Assembly (NCBI RefSeq): GCF_009914755.1
Contig: NC_060927.1
Source: the human T2T-CHM13v2.0 reference genome, Homo sapiens
Length of the DNA stretch: 64,000 nucleotides
Strand: one strand, 5' to 3'
How positions within the stretch are numbered: position 1 is the stretch's first letter; every line of letters starts with the position of its first letter. Shown one piece after another: positions 38,686 to 52,830 of this stretch. The translations under genes were made by a program, and so were the position numbers. The notes under the pieces were generated by a model that was given only the letters and a program-made list of their open reading frames with translations, did no database searches and was not told where the DNA came from.

Positions 38686-41600
38686 TGAAACAAGTGTGAT
38701 GGTGGCATTCACAGTGATATTAATAGTAGTGGTGGTGATGGCAGTAGTAGTAGTGTATTGGAATGAGTATTTGCTATTGTTTTAATAATAATGAGATTAA
38801 AATAAATACAAAAAAATTGTGAAAGAGCTTGCCCCACAGGAAACAAAGACTTCTGTTGTTCTCTTACTTTCTGTTTTCTAAATTAGAAATTCTAAGAGTT
38901 TTCTTTGAAATATTCTATTTCAAATGGATAGCCATAAATAAAGGAACAGACCATTCTACTTAAAGAAAAGAATAAAGCTTACCTCTTTGAACATAGTAAC
39001 CTAATTGTGCTGACATTATGTAGTACTGCACATCACCTCAATAATCACTAAATATGTTTTTGCTTCACTTAACCAAAAAAGCCATTAAAATGTTTCTGAG
39101 CAATTTGGAATTTTTATTATTAATTAATAATTTTGATTAATGAAAAAATCAATTCCATATCACCAATAACTTACTGGAGGATTATTACAAATATTATATA
39201 AAATTATTATAAATGTGTCTATATCTTTATTACACATCGATGTTTAATTATATTTCATTATAATTTCATGAAAAAATAAATGAGAAATTCATTTAATGAC
39301 AAATAATTTTTAATTAAAATATTTTCTTGTCAAATATAACTCTTGAAAGAAACCCATTATTTTAGAAGCTAGAACCCCTTATCTATTCATTGGACACATT
39401 TTACCTCTATTGTTCAAGTTCATTTCCCAGAAAGCTAAAAACCTCTCTCATATTTCACTGCCTTTTACTTCAAATAATAAAATGTTAATTTGTATTTTAT
39501 GTCAGGGGATTTTTTTTCACAAGGGATTTGCTATTGATGTAAATGGTCATTGTACAGGATTAGTCAAAGAACCATATGAAAGAAATATTTTTCAGGCTTT
39601 TGAGTATCATTTCAAGATGAGAATATTTGCATTCCCATTAGGGCATCTTTTCTAAAATGAATAGATCAGTGTCTTAGATTGTTGAAAGGCCATCGGTAGA
39701 TCGTCTTTTGTGTAATGTGTCTGTAGTAGGCCTAGTAAAATGCAGTTCCTAGGGAAAGAGGTTGTTCAATAATGTCAGATGAATCCCTTGAGTCTCACAC
39801 ACTGTTATATTATTTTCTGCTAATGTTGACGCAAATGAAATGAATCTCTAGTTCTATTCATCTATACAGTATTATCAAAAGGTATAGCTGGTAGCTATAT
39901 CAATATGATAATTTCAGTTTACAAATTATAACTGAAGATTGGAAGTTCCTTTCCCTAAACTTCTACAAAGTACATGTTAGGAAAGTATGTTTTGTTTTGT
40001 AAAAAATACAAAGCCTCTCTGTTGAATATTGAAGCTATCGATTTGTGAGTTAAAAAACCTTATGACATATCCAGAACATTATTTGAATTTACTTTGTATG
40101 TCTAACTGTTTAGATGGGCATACAAATAAGTTACAAGCACGTTTATAAAGTATATATTACAAGGATAGATATATTACTCCGTCTACTAATGAGAGGATAA
40201 CCTGAGTTTATGGATGTAACATGAGATTTAAGGACAATTCATATGTAATTAATCATTGGAGAAGAATGGAAAATCACAGGCAGCATCACAAACAAGTATT
40301 ACTAGAGCTTTTGACAAACTACAAAATAAAACACTTAAAATGACCGTAGTTTTGAGGAATGCAAAGATATTTCTTTCCAGTGGCAAACAGTGTTTCATAG
40401 CATCATGAAAATTTAAAACCAGAGGCAAATACAATAGGCTTCTATTCCAATGCTGTCATTTTACATAAGAGAAAATTGAATATCAGAAAAAATAAGTGAC
40501 TTATTCAATATAAAATGAAATGATTATTTCTAGTTTTGACCGTAAAACAACCATAATAAAAAGTAGAAATCGCATTCCTTATGTTTGGGAACACATGCCA
40601 AAACTTGTATTAAAAACACAACTTTAGTTGTTCTGTCTATTCATCTTTCTTTTAAAAGATGCATTTAATATAAAAATTTGCACATTTACACATTTTCAGA
40701 CTACCTTTCTAATTTCACGAAATCAGTTGACTTTTGAATTGCACTCTGTTTAGCTCTTTTCTAGTGATTTTTTTCTTCCATTGCTCATACAGGGTGCATT
40801 TTCTTTTAGCCTCTCTATTATCATTTTGATTTAAATCCTTTGCTTTCTTGGATTGACTGTTCTGATAAACTATTCCTATTTCATCCTTTTCTGTTTGGCT
40901 CTGATGATCCACAGTAATTTTGTAGCCTTTGCTACATCACCGCCTCTTAGGTCTGTGTAATGAGGGATGCAGTGCCTTCATTTTTTCCCCTTTATGGTTC
41001 AATCCTAAAGTATAATGTGGGAAGTGGGATTGGTATTTAGCTTGTTAGGAAATCTACAGAAGTCACGTTAATAGCACACTGCTTTATAAACTGTCACTGC
41101 CACAGGAAAATTTGAGGGCAATTTTCCTACATAATTAGTTCCCCTCTTCTTTAGTAACAAAATAATTACTTTAAAATATGAATAAGTACACTTTAACACA
41201 TTTTAGAATCAAGTGAACCTCATGATATTGAATACTCAAGATCAAAAATATAAATGACATGAGTTTGTATAATTTGTTATCATATTATGAATAAATCCTC
41301 AATATTAAAACTTGTCAACTATACCCTCATCTTTTCTGACCATATCAACAGGGACTTCGCTGATACAAATGGCATACCACTGTTAAGCACAATACTGTTC
41401 TAAATGAACATTATTTCTGATACAGGAAATACAGAAACTAGAAATCTATCTTCAAAAAGGAAGTTGCAAAGCATTTACTACTCTTGTGTGGAAAATCAGT
41501 AAAGATTTTAGCCTGTGGAATGTATGTTGGAGTATAGTTATCAAATCTATCAATTTTTAGAGCTCTGATACTTGCACTTAATAATGGCAAGATGTGTCAG

Positions 41601-42649
41601 GAACCTCAAAAGAATCAAGGAACAATGACTAGCTTCAACAAAAACATTCCATGTATTTTTTTAAATAAGGGCTTTCATTGCCATTAATTAATAAATAAGA
41701 GAATAGCAAAGCTAATTGGTAACCTAAAGATCTTTCATCTAAACACTCAAAATATAAGTGTTGACAAAGAAGAAAAGTAAGCAAGGGAGTATGTCTCAAA
41801 AAGAGCAAGCTACCGTGGCACTATGTTTGACCGAGATGTGTTCCCTGTAGTATTCAAAATACCTGATCCAGGCTTCTAGTTGTCCTTTCAGCTGTTAAGG
41901 TTCTTATTTGATGTACTAATAAAATGATAATACATATAAAGATGTGAATTAGAGTTTTTTTATGGAAGAGGGGAAAGATCTCAACTGAATCACCAACTTG
42001 GATATTCATTAATAAATCACTTAACTTTTTAAAAGATATTTATTTTTAAGCTTATTATTTGTAAAGTGAGCACAAGAACACTGTCCAACCATGATGACTG
42101 ATAAACAATAAACACACAAAATATTCTCTTCCACACCTTCTACGATGGTTTTAAATCAGTTTTTATAACATGTAGTTAAGGATTGCAAAGACAAAGTGAA
42201 AGACTTCCGATTAAAAGGAATTCTAAGAATTTCTCTTAGGTCAACGGTTTCTGTTTATTAATAGTAGTGGTATTTTTGCTTTTTTTTTTTAAATTTAAAC
42301 ACATGTAAAGTCTGTGGTGAAAGATGATTTGTTTTTTGAGATAATAATAATGAAATTACTACCCATTGAGACACATGGAATTGGAAAGAAACTATAAAGA
42401 TTTGAAGGTATTACATAAGCTTTAAAAATGTTTAGGAGGGCGAACCATTCTTTCTCATCTCTTATCTGAATTCAAACAAAGAAAAACAGGAAATGCAAAT
42501 TCCTAAAATAATAGTATACTTTATTGAATGAGACATTTTATTTTATTTATTTTTGTCTATCAATTATCTATCTATCTATCTATTTTTACTGTCATAACCA
42601 TAGAAGAAAGCTTTATTGCCTTTGTTGAAAAGAAAGAATAAATATGGCC

Positions 42650-42951
42650 TGGCTGGGAGGGATGGGCTCATATCTATAATCCCAGCACTTTGGGAGACTG
42701 AGGCAGGAGGATTGCTTGAACCCAGGAGTTTGAGACGAGCCTGGACAACATAGTGAGACCCCATCTATACTAAAGAATTAAAAAAAATAGCTGAGCATGG
42801 TGGCACATGCCTGTAGTCCCAGCTACTCAAGAGACTGAGGTGGGAGGTTCACTTGAGCCCAGGAGGTTGAAGCTGCACTGAGCTGTGATTGTGCCACTGC
42901 ACTCTGGCTTGGAGGACAGAGCAAGACCTTGTCTCAAAGAAAAAAAAAAAA
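42650..42951 (+). mobile_element. AluJ
   Basis: Full dimer, GAGGATTGCTTGAACCCAGGAGTTTGAG, A-tail. Confidence 0.92.
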
Positions 42952-44619
42952 TGCTCTTGGCCGTAGATATAACAATGGACAACTATAGCAGGTGTAGAAA
43001 AGGGCTGAAGCCATTATGTCCCTTACATGATCAAACTACATCTATTCTTTGTTAGCTCACAATCTTAGTATGTCAGATTTGTGTTTTTATTCATCCAAAT
43101 GTAACCTTTGAAAATATGGTAAAAATATACATTTTTAGTTAATTCAAAAAATATGAAGTATTCTCATCTCTGTTATAAAACTACCTTATAAACACATAGG
43201 AGTACCCAATGGGCATTAATATAAAATGCAATAGGGGCACTTCCCACAGAAAATAACCTTTGCCAAATACTAATATATACATACATAATCTCAAAAGAAG
43301 AAATACACAATGCTGAATAAGCATTTTGATGCTTTTTCAATTAATATTTTGAACAGAGAGGAAATACTTAAGTCTCCAACAAAAATCTTGACAATATAAA
43401 AAGCAGCATGTTTATCAGAAGGCCTATCCTCTTGCTTCCAGTGAATGAGAGAAAGTAACTTTTTGATGAATGTAAAAGACTAATAAAACACATGAATATA
43501 TTTTCCAAATTGGAGAAAAAAGGAGAAAGGAAACTTAAAATATCTTAATCAACAAATAAAAGTTTCATTTACTATGGGAAATATATAAAAATTAATGAGA
43601 TTATGCAAATGACTACAGATTACTGATTAAAACTAAACACAAAATAAGGAGAATGGCACCATTTGTGAATATTTATTATATGTATTAGATTTATATATGA
43701 AAACGTTACCGAGTCTAAAATTAACTAGAAAATATAACTGAGAGATACTCTTCCCTTTTGCCAATTTTTATATATAACTTATATTCTTAGAAATAAAAGG
43801 GGATCATATCTAGATTTTGAATGAATCTAAATGCTGGTAGAATCAATTTGGTGTTTTGCTGCTTGAAACCCGGTTTGAAGCTTATATATTGAAGCATTGC
43901 TCTAGGCATCTATACCCTACTGATGGACTTAGTAAGCCAGCACACTCTCTATGACTTGAGGGAATCATAAAAAGCATCTATCAATGGTGTCAGGCAATGA
44001 AGAAAAAATTGTATGTAATGTCAGGTGGCTGAATATAGGGAAAAGATATATGGTAATGACAGTATAGACAAACAATTGCAGGTAAGAAAAAGATTATTTA
44101 AAATGATAGTCAAAGTAAAAATATACACATTCAACCATTGCAATTTACTTTCTTTGATTGAAAAGGAAAGTTTTTATGTCTTAAAGATAATGTTTAGTTC
44201 ATATTTGACAGCTTGAATAATGAACACTTCATACAACAATTCTAGCTGACTTGATGGAGTGCCCACCCGTATGTCAATGGTGGAATGACTACATTTTGAA
44301 GGAATAATTTTTCCTAGAGCACAATGTTCTGATGTTACAGAAGGAATGGTTAATTATTTCTTATTAGTAATAGTGGGAATATTTCAAATAATTAGGTTGT
44401 TATAAACTCATAAGCATGTAAATATTTTTCCCAGCTTCCAATCACTTCAAGGGTCTTTACTTCCTATGACATTAAAGTAGTACTAATTTGTACTACCACA
44501 TTTTTGCTTTCCAACAAACCATACTATGATGTCATTGCAGCTTCACTTAACATTAATGTGTTAAAATTTTAGGTACCCTAATTATTTTTGACAGCTAAAG
44601 TGGTATTTATGTATTTATT

Positions 44620-44808
44620 TTACTTTTTTATTTTTAATTTTTATGGATACATAGTAGGCATGTATTTAATGGGTATATGAGATATTTCAATACAAGCATA
44701 CAATATGTAATAATTATATTGGGATAAATGGGGTATCCATCACCTCAACCATTCATCATTTCTTTGTATTGGGGACATTACAATTGTACTCCCTTAGTTA
44801 TTCAAAAT
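44620..44808 (-). mobile_element. L1MA 3' end fragment
   Basis: Reverse L1MA tail ATGGATACATAGTAGG...AAATGGGGTATCCATCACCTCAA. Confidence 0.8.
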
Positions 44809-44811
44809 CTA

Positions 44812-45074
44812 TTTTTTTTTTTTTCTGAGATGGAGTCTCGCTCTGTCGCCCAGGCTGAGGTGCAATGGTACAATCCTGGCTCACTGCAACCTCAGCTTCC
44901 CAAGTAGCTGAGATTACAGTCATGTGCCAGCATGTCCGGCTAATTTTTGTATTTTTAGTAGAGATGGGGTTTCACCATGTTGGCCAGGCTGGTCTTGAAC
45001 TCCTGACATCGTGGTTCACCCACCTCAGACTCCCAAAGTGCCAGGATTACAGGTGTGAGCCACTGCACCCGGCC
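44812..45074 (-). mobile_element. AluS with a ~32-bp internal deletion
   Basis: Reverse Alu; the junction GCAACCTC|AGCTTCCC skips the GGTTCAAGCGATTCTC segment. Confidence 0.9.
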
Positions 45075-45599
45075 CTCTAAACCTAATTTTTAACATGTTC
45101 AATTAACGTAGCATTAATAAATGTTCAGTTTTACATCTACGTATCATAATATAATCGACACATATCAAAGCTTCCATTGTGTAAATTTGTGTATATTAAC
45201 CATCCGGTTGACTCAAAGCATGCTTATATTTCAAAAGACTAAAATATGCAACTAAACATGATGCTTAAAAATTATTGAGATTTCAATAGTAATGAAATAC
45301 ATTTTATCACACAAATATCTTCAGAACTTCATCTGATATACACTGATTTAGCCATTTAACTCTTGACTAATTTAGAGAAAATTTTAATAATAAAATGTAA
45401 TGATATAAATCGATTCTTAGGATTTAGTTTTAATGACTTAAAATATAAAAAAGTTTAGAGTCTACTTGTGTAGGAAGTAGTTTGTTATGGGATCATCACC
45501 CAAAATAAAGGTCTGATAATTTTCAGTAGCCAAGCACGTTTCCTTATTGGATAAGACTCATTAGGCCTATTTTGACATACAGTTAATCCGAACTGCTTC

Positions 45600-47110
45600 A
45601 AAGAGCATTACCGAACAGTTACGATGTATGAACAATGGACCCAGAGTTCAGAAAAAAAAAAACAATATTTTTTGGTTTTATAGACCTCACAGAAAACAAT
45701 TGGGCACTATTGTTCGGTAATTGGATAGAGAAGATAATGTCATGCGAATGTCCACCATGGAAGAGTTACTAAGCCACCATGTCGACAGTGAGTTGGCCAG
45801 TTGACATCATCTAGCCCCCTCTAACAATGGCCACCCTGGTTCTGGCACAATGGATCATGATCAAAGGGACAATGGTGATAGGGATGAAGTATATGCATAA
45901 GCCCAGCAACATGAACTCATTTATTGAAGTTGATCTAACAGGGCTGCTGCCAAAGACACAACATGACAGAAAAACAGAGCAATGATTGGTTCCCTATATG
46001 CAAGCGTCCCTCAAAGAGACTACATGGCTGCTTAGTGGAAAGTTGATTATATTGGTCAAGAATACCTTCTGGCAGGAGAATTAATCTGATGTGGGTTTGC
46101 CGTTTTTCCTCACTAGGCCTCAGCTAGGCTCATGGTTTCAGGTTTACCAAATATTTGACTGATTAGCCTGGGATCCCGCATGATATTGCATCAGACTAGG
46201 GAAATGACTTTATAGCAAAGAGATGTGGAAGTAAGCCCCAAAACGTGGGAACACATACTCTACCACCGAGAACTTGCAAGCCTAAGAGAGCTTTGGAACA
46301 TCCTGTGGAAGTCACGACTAAAATGCCAGCTCAAAGGCTATACATTAGTGGGTGAGGTGCCATATTCTCAGAAGTAGTGTACATTTGGAAACAGAGACAT
46401 TTATACAAGGCTATGTTTCCAGAATGTAAGACACATGGATCAGGGAAGCAAGGAGTGAAAACAGGAGTGGCTACAATGCGATCACTCCCAAGACACACGA
46501 GAAGTTGTGTTTCCTCTTTCTGCAAACCTGTGCCCTGAAGGTGTAGAAGTCATGATATCCAAAGAGGAAACAATTTCACTAGGAACCCAACAACTGTCCC
46601 TTTACATTATCAGCTATAATAGTCACCTGGGAACTCTGTATTTCTGTTGTTAAGAGAGTAGCTGATAAGAATAAAAATCTCTATTCTTACAGGGATAATA
46701 ATGGCCATGACCATCAGAATATACTATAACATGTAAGATCAGAGAGAAATACATTTACCACCCAGGTGATCAATTTGAGTGATTCTTGGTATTCTAATAC
46801 CCAAATGGGCACGTACAGCAACCTCAGCCTGAAAAGCACAATGACCTTAGAAGCAGACTCCTCAGAAGTCAGAGTCTGTGTTATGCCACGTAGTTACCAA
46901 GACCAGTTAAGGTCCTGGCTAAATATGAAGGAAACTTAAAACTGTTAATTGATTTGGAAGAAAATAATTATCAAGTTTCAGCATTTTGGGCTATAGTTTA
47001 TCCTTCAGCCTTCTAATTTCCCTCTTGGAAGACAGCCCCTCAGAAATCCTAAAGGGCCTGATCCAACAATTTATACTAAAAAGTAGATAGAGAGGCACAA
47101 AGGATGAACT
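45600..47110 (+). mobile_element. Ancient ERVL-class internal region (HERV16/ERV3-16A3-like), integrase remnant
   Basis: Degenerate translation AQW..DQRDNGDRDEVYA*AQQH and WKVDYIG matches the ERVL integrase (AQWAHEQSGHGGRDG...WQVDYIGP). Confidence 0.75.
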
Positions 47111-47428
47111 TTGATGGACATTATGTTGTGCTCACTACCCATACGCCCCTTCTTTGACAAACTTTTATCCTACCTTCCTGGAATGCTGTCAGCAGACAGC
47201 TTTCAGCTCTCAACCACTTTAAAGAATTACCTTTGCTTCAGAGATCCACTCCATGGTAGATCATGCACATTCTTGGAGTGGCCCAAATCAAATGACTGAT
47301 TGATGCAGAAAGATCTGGCTATGCTCTCTTTCCCTCATTTCCCCAGGTGTTCAAAAATACACCTTAATAAGCAACTTGCATGCCTATTCTGACTCAGGGT
47401 CAGCTTCCGAGGGAAAATAGCTTGCAAT
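47111..47428 (+). mobile_element. LTR16-like 3' LTR
   Basis: Purine tract then TTGATGGAC...; internal CAAATCAAATGACTGATTGATGCAG; end CTCAGGGTCAGCTTCCGAGGGAA. Confidence 0.65.
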
Positions 47429-49563
47429 TCTGCACGACTACTGCATTGCAGATTATTTTAGTCTTACTAAAGTGTTTTTGTATGATTAAAACCCAAGAGT
47501 TCTGCCCATTCAAATTAACAGATACTGCTTAAATGTATCATTTCTTCTTTTCTTTCTTTTCCCCACTTCCTTTTTTTTCTATCGTCTTTTCCTTTCCAAC
47601 TTTGCTAGCATTTTTCTTTGTTCTTTCAACCAAGTCGTCTTTCTTTATTCCTGCCTCCCTCTATCCCTTTCTTTTTCTCTTTCTATATTTCACATTTGTA
47701 CAGAGACAGGTGTACATTTAGAGATTTTACAGTGTAGTAAAATATCCTACCATAAAATTGCCTAGAAACCTGTTTCGCCTGCAAGAAAATTTCTTATTCA
47801 ATGTGTCTTCTATATCACATTTTACATATTGAAATTTCATGTCTTTGAAAATAACTTAGATGCTGTCAGCTGGTTAACAGCAGGGAATGTAGCAAATACT
47901 CCAGTCAAGAGACAATGTGGAATGATTTTTACTGCATCTTCCATTGTACTTTGTTTATATTTTCTCTTTTTTTTTGTTTCTTTGAATGCCTAAGTGTAAT
48001 AATCCTCTTTCTCTGAAAACTGTTAAAATTTGAACAGTGCCTCTCAAGTTTAAAATGCAAAGAGCAGTCCTTTTTTACAGGTTTTCTATGATAATACTTG
48101 GAATGAGTCACTCATCCTGAAAGTGGCCTTCTAAATTACTGTGAAATAACCGTGGCTGCTATTACACACACTTACAGATGTGATTTAAATTCTCTGGAAC
48201 TCCTCTACACTTGGAATGAGAATTAGCAGCTTTGAAAGATTTAACTTCACATTGAAAAACGATCAAAGCAAGCAGGAAAATGAACTGGCGATCTTTCTTC
48301 ATGATTGAGATCTCCAATGTTTTTCCTGCCAACTGATGCTTCCAAAATGTTTCAGTTTCTTGCAAATGTTCTACATTATAGATATTTTGACTATCTTTAT
48401 AAAAACCTGCTAATTAAGGTTTGTTTTCTTTTAGATCATTAAACCCTCATTCTTTGACTGTAAAAATTTTTGCTTTTATTTTTTGCTGAAATCCTTGCTT
48501 TGAGCAAATCTCAAAAGGACAGGGAAGGGGAAACTTTAGTTGTAGTTTAATTAGTGCTTGCCAAGTTTCTCCTCAATGGAGTTTTTACCTTGTAAAGGAA
48601 GTCGACTTCTGCCAATACTCAGGAGGCTTCATCCAGGTATAGCATTACAGGATCAAAAACTTGCCATTTGAAAGAGACTTCGTCAATATCATTTTATGTT
48701 TCTTCTTGGCTGTCTTTTTCCCTCTGCCTCTCAAATTCCCAGTGGACCCCACCACCATCATCATTTGCTCAACTTGTAAGGTTGCCATGGAACAATGGCA
48801 GCGAATATGAATAAAGTTGCAAAACTGTGCCTTAGAAATGCCATGCTGCTGTGGAAGAAACGAGTCTTTATAAGACTGTCACTTAGAGCCCTGTGGGAGA
48901 ATCTGAAAGGAAGTATGAGTCCAAGAAAATAACAAGGTCTTTTGACAGAACTGCAAGATAAACCAAAGAAAAAATATATAAAATAATCACGATATATAAG
49001 GTGGTATTTATTATTGACTGCTAGGCACACACAAAGAATCACATATAAATTTGATGTTAGAACTCAGAAGCTATGATTCTCACAAGTGGGAGCTAATAAG
49101 TGAAGTTATTTTCTTTATAAAAATAATTTCTGCTAAAGTGGACATAATTCTGTTCATACTATAGCTTATCACTTATCAAATACCAGGTTTTAGATAGTTT
49201 TATTCACAGATTCTCTATGGTTTACGAACCTTATCACTCTGATAACTATTGCATTACTTATTTGAAAAAGCCACACTTCTATACCATTAATAAAATTATT
49301 ACAGAAATGTTCCACAAAAAAATGCAATGGTATAATGGAAAAAAAACTCAAAGTTATTTATTGGATTATATGTTTGTCAAAAGGCAGTGCTTGCAATTCT
49401 TTATTAATATCAACATATACCATTGTGCACCAGATTTCCAATTTTTGACACATAAAAACAATTTTCCTAAGTAACTGGTAATTCCTCTCATTCTCTTCCT
49501 ATTCTTACTTTTACATTAATTTATCATCTGCCACTACCAATTCTACTACATGTTCACTTACTA

Positions 49564-49686
49564 TTTTCTTTCTGAGATTGAGGTCTCACTAGGTTGCCCA
49601 GGCTGGTCTCTCCTGGGCTCAAGGGATTCTCCTGCCTCAGCCTCCCAAGTAGCTGAGGTTATAGGTGCATGTTGCCATGCCTGGCT
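49564..49686 (-). mobile_element. FLAM / Alu monomer
   Basis: Reverse monomer with TSD-like TCACTTASTATT on both sides. Confidence 0.85.
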
Positions 49687-49699
49687 CTCACTTAGTATT

Positions 49700-50410
49700 C
49701 TTAATCCACCTTTTCTCTTCTAGTTCTGTAGCACTTACTTGTATCTCTAGAGCACTTGCCATAATCTGCCTAGTTATTGTCATTTTTTAGATAATGACAT
49801 TGCCGACTGTTCAGTTCAAGAAACCATAGTCTATATCCTGGAATCTCTTCCCACTTCTTTCTTTGTTGGTCTCTTAAATGTTGTTATTTTCCAGCATCTT
49901 CCTCTTGTACTCTACTCTTCTCAGTTCATTTCAAGGTTATTTTACACTAATTGGTTCAAATGCACTAGAACAGCTGCCACATCCATATATTCCCTACAAA
50001 TTCAGTCCTTCCATTTATTCTGCTGTCAACGAATAGCTGAAACTAAACTTTTAATATACAATTCTGAATTACTTTTCTGTGACTACAGTAAGTTCAATGT
50101 TTTTCTTAATTCTTTCAAAATATTTTAAATCACTTACCATGTTCTAAGTTTGTTATAGGTGCATCTTGTATCAAAATGAATTATTATTATTTTATTTTAA
50201 TGTGTCTTTCCTCTATTAGTCTGGAAATTGCTAGGGGTCAATGATCACCTCTTAGTAGTTTTCTTTGCTTGTTTTGTTTTTAATTCCAAGGACCTGAATA
50301 ATCTAAATCATATTGTAAGCAATGGAGGGCAGAGATTTTGTTTTCTTTTTATTTCGATAAGTCTGATGTCTTAAAATGAGTAGACAATCAGTACTTTGTA
50401 AATTGTGTCA
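49700..50410. mobile_element. L2 relics
   Basis: Pyrimidine-rich L2-like phrases (CTCTTAAATGTTG; TGTGTCTTTCCTCTATTAGTCTGGAAATTGCTAGGGGTCA). Confidence 0.45.
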
Positions 50411-52469
50411 ACTACATATATGTGAACTCCTAGCCTGTTATCACCACCATTTTACCTCTATGTAACATACAGTCTACATAAGCTATGGACTCCCAGGTGC
50501 CTGGATGCCTTGTCCTACATCTTCCCCTCCTAACTTAATGTCAGAAATATGCTTTAGCATCTCATTCCAGCTAAAATTATTTTGTAGGATTGGCTTCAAT
50601 TTATTTTTTCATAACAAGGTAGCATTTCTTCTCCACCCTTGGCAGCTATCGTCTTCTTACTCTCTCAGAGCACGTCCTGTGGGATTATACCACCTGAACA
50701 GAATTGCAGTAGAGAAGGCACGATCCCATTCATTTACGGTGCTTGTTACATTCTCTCTCTCTGCTATGACGGCCCATTATGTCCTCTATGCCCTGACATC
50801 TTTAACTCTCTACCATAAATTTTCCGTGGAAGTGAAAACTAACAATAAATATTCAATGCCTTCCGGTACTGTAGGCAGGTTTTCTTTAAAGTAAAGGAGC
50901 CATGATAAGCATGTCTGACCAGTAGATAGTTACCTATCCCTGGGCGGAGAATATTAGATACTTTCTGTATTATGTCATATAAAGTGTAATGTATTTAATA
51001 AACATTATTTTGCATATATATTAATATTAGTTTGATTTTCTTACTGAAATAACTTAAGCCACATAACGAGAAATGATGCAGTTGAATATTTTACTCTTTA
51101 ATTAGGTTCCCTTTCTTTAGAGATATAATTTAAAAATATTTGCGGAAAATATTTTGCATATGGTTTAAAGTATAATTATAATAACACATCAGAGGACTAT
51201 TTATTCAGCAGATATTTTACATATTTTTGAAATGCTATATACATCTGGGAGAGCTGTGTATTTATAAAATCAAGAATTAAATTTTATATAAAGTAAATAT
51301 GATTTCATATACTGTTATAGAGTCTACTTAATACTTGGTTTTGATATGGTATTTTATTTAAAATAATTCCTTCAATATCAGTTTCTTATTTTCATTTGTA
51401 TAAGTCTCCTCGTTTTATTCTCACAATATCTGTATGTCAGTTCCATAAAAACATATATTTTCAGCTATTTCTATGAACAATGATCATTTAGATATATTAG
51501 AAAAAATATTAGAAATTGAAATATTCCTTTATAGGTGTCTCCCCTTTAAGCAATATTTAACATAGCAATACCAAATTGTAATTCAATAGCCGTGAGGTCT
51601 TGTAATGTAAATCAGTCAAAAAAAATATTTGAGTCTGTAAAATATGATGCAGGGGTTGTACTCTACTCTTATAGAGATCACCACCTAAAAATTTCAATAG
51701 AAATGTGGCTTAATGAAGGATTTGAGTGAAAAAATGACGCTTGCAAAATGAGAAAAGTATTTCCAAAATCAAACAGAAAGTAGACAGTGATTAAAGGAGC
51801 AATAGAAAAAATGTCATAGATAAAGAGAGAAAATTGTGAAGGTCCTTGAAATTACAGGAAAGGATCTTAAACACAAGGCTTTAAAAGACCTTAATTTCAC
51901 AACTCAGAGGAGTAGGTAGGCTGAAGGAATCATCACTGTTGGGACAGTGAAAGATGATACTTGTTTTAGACTGTGGCTACCTGGTGTGTATTTTAAACAT
52001 CAAAAAAAGGACACAAGGGTCTCTAATTTGAAATACATATAGAAAAAATAGGTAAGAAAAGTTATCTAAAATAAAAAACATTAAATTTACAGTATATGAA
52101 AATGTGGCATGTTTTTGAATAAAAGTGACCCAATTTCATAGAGATATATTTAGAAATTGCCAATAATGTACTCTACAACACCTGGTATAATATTAATTGA
52201 GAATGCTCTCTGAGAATGGCTAGCACAAACATTAATTTATACAATCTGGCTAGAAATAAAAAAGCAAGCTAAAAAGAATCCCATTTGGGTTTCAATGATC
52301 AGCCTAGTGAACTTAGAGCAATGACAGCTAAACATTTACCTAACTTGTATTCCACTGTGGTATAACTTGAACTCCTTCTCTTATTTCTTGGAATTATTAA
52401 CAATTGATTAGTTATTCATTTACCTTCTCTAATCAGGCTTTTATTTTATCTTTTCATTCTGTGTTTTAC

Positions 52470-52830
52470 TGATATGATTTGGCTATATCCCCACTGAAAT
52501 CTCATCTTGAATTGTAGCTCCCATAATTCCCACGTGTTGTAGGAGGGACCCAGTGGAGATGATTGAATCGTGGGGGCAGTTCCCCTCATACTGTTCTTGT
52601 GGTAGTGAATAAGTCTCATGAGATCTGATGGTTTTATAAGGGGTTTCCACTTTCACTTGACTCTCATTCTTTCTTGCTTGCTGCCATGTAAGACATGCCT
52701 TTCCTTTTCTGCCATGATTGTGAGGCCTCCCCAGCCACGAGGAACTATGTGTCCATTAAACCTCTTTTTCTTTATAAATTACCCATTCTTGGGTATGTCT
52801 TTATCAGCAGTGTGAAAATTGACTAATACA
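52470..52830 (+). mobile_element. THE1 solo LTR
   Basis: TGATATGATTTGGCT...GACTAATACA. Confidence 0.92.

Noticed and set aside
48588-48690. Possible minus-strand coding exon ending CAAG|GTAAAA
   Set aside because: Stops in all three frames and no acceptor found.
50505-50894. 129-aa ORF
   Set aside because: No recognisable protein similarity; the length is compatible with chance.
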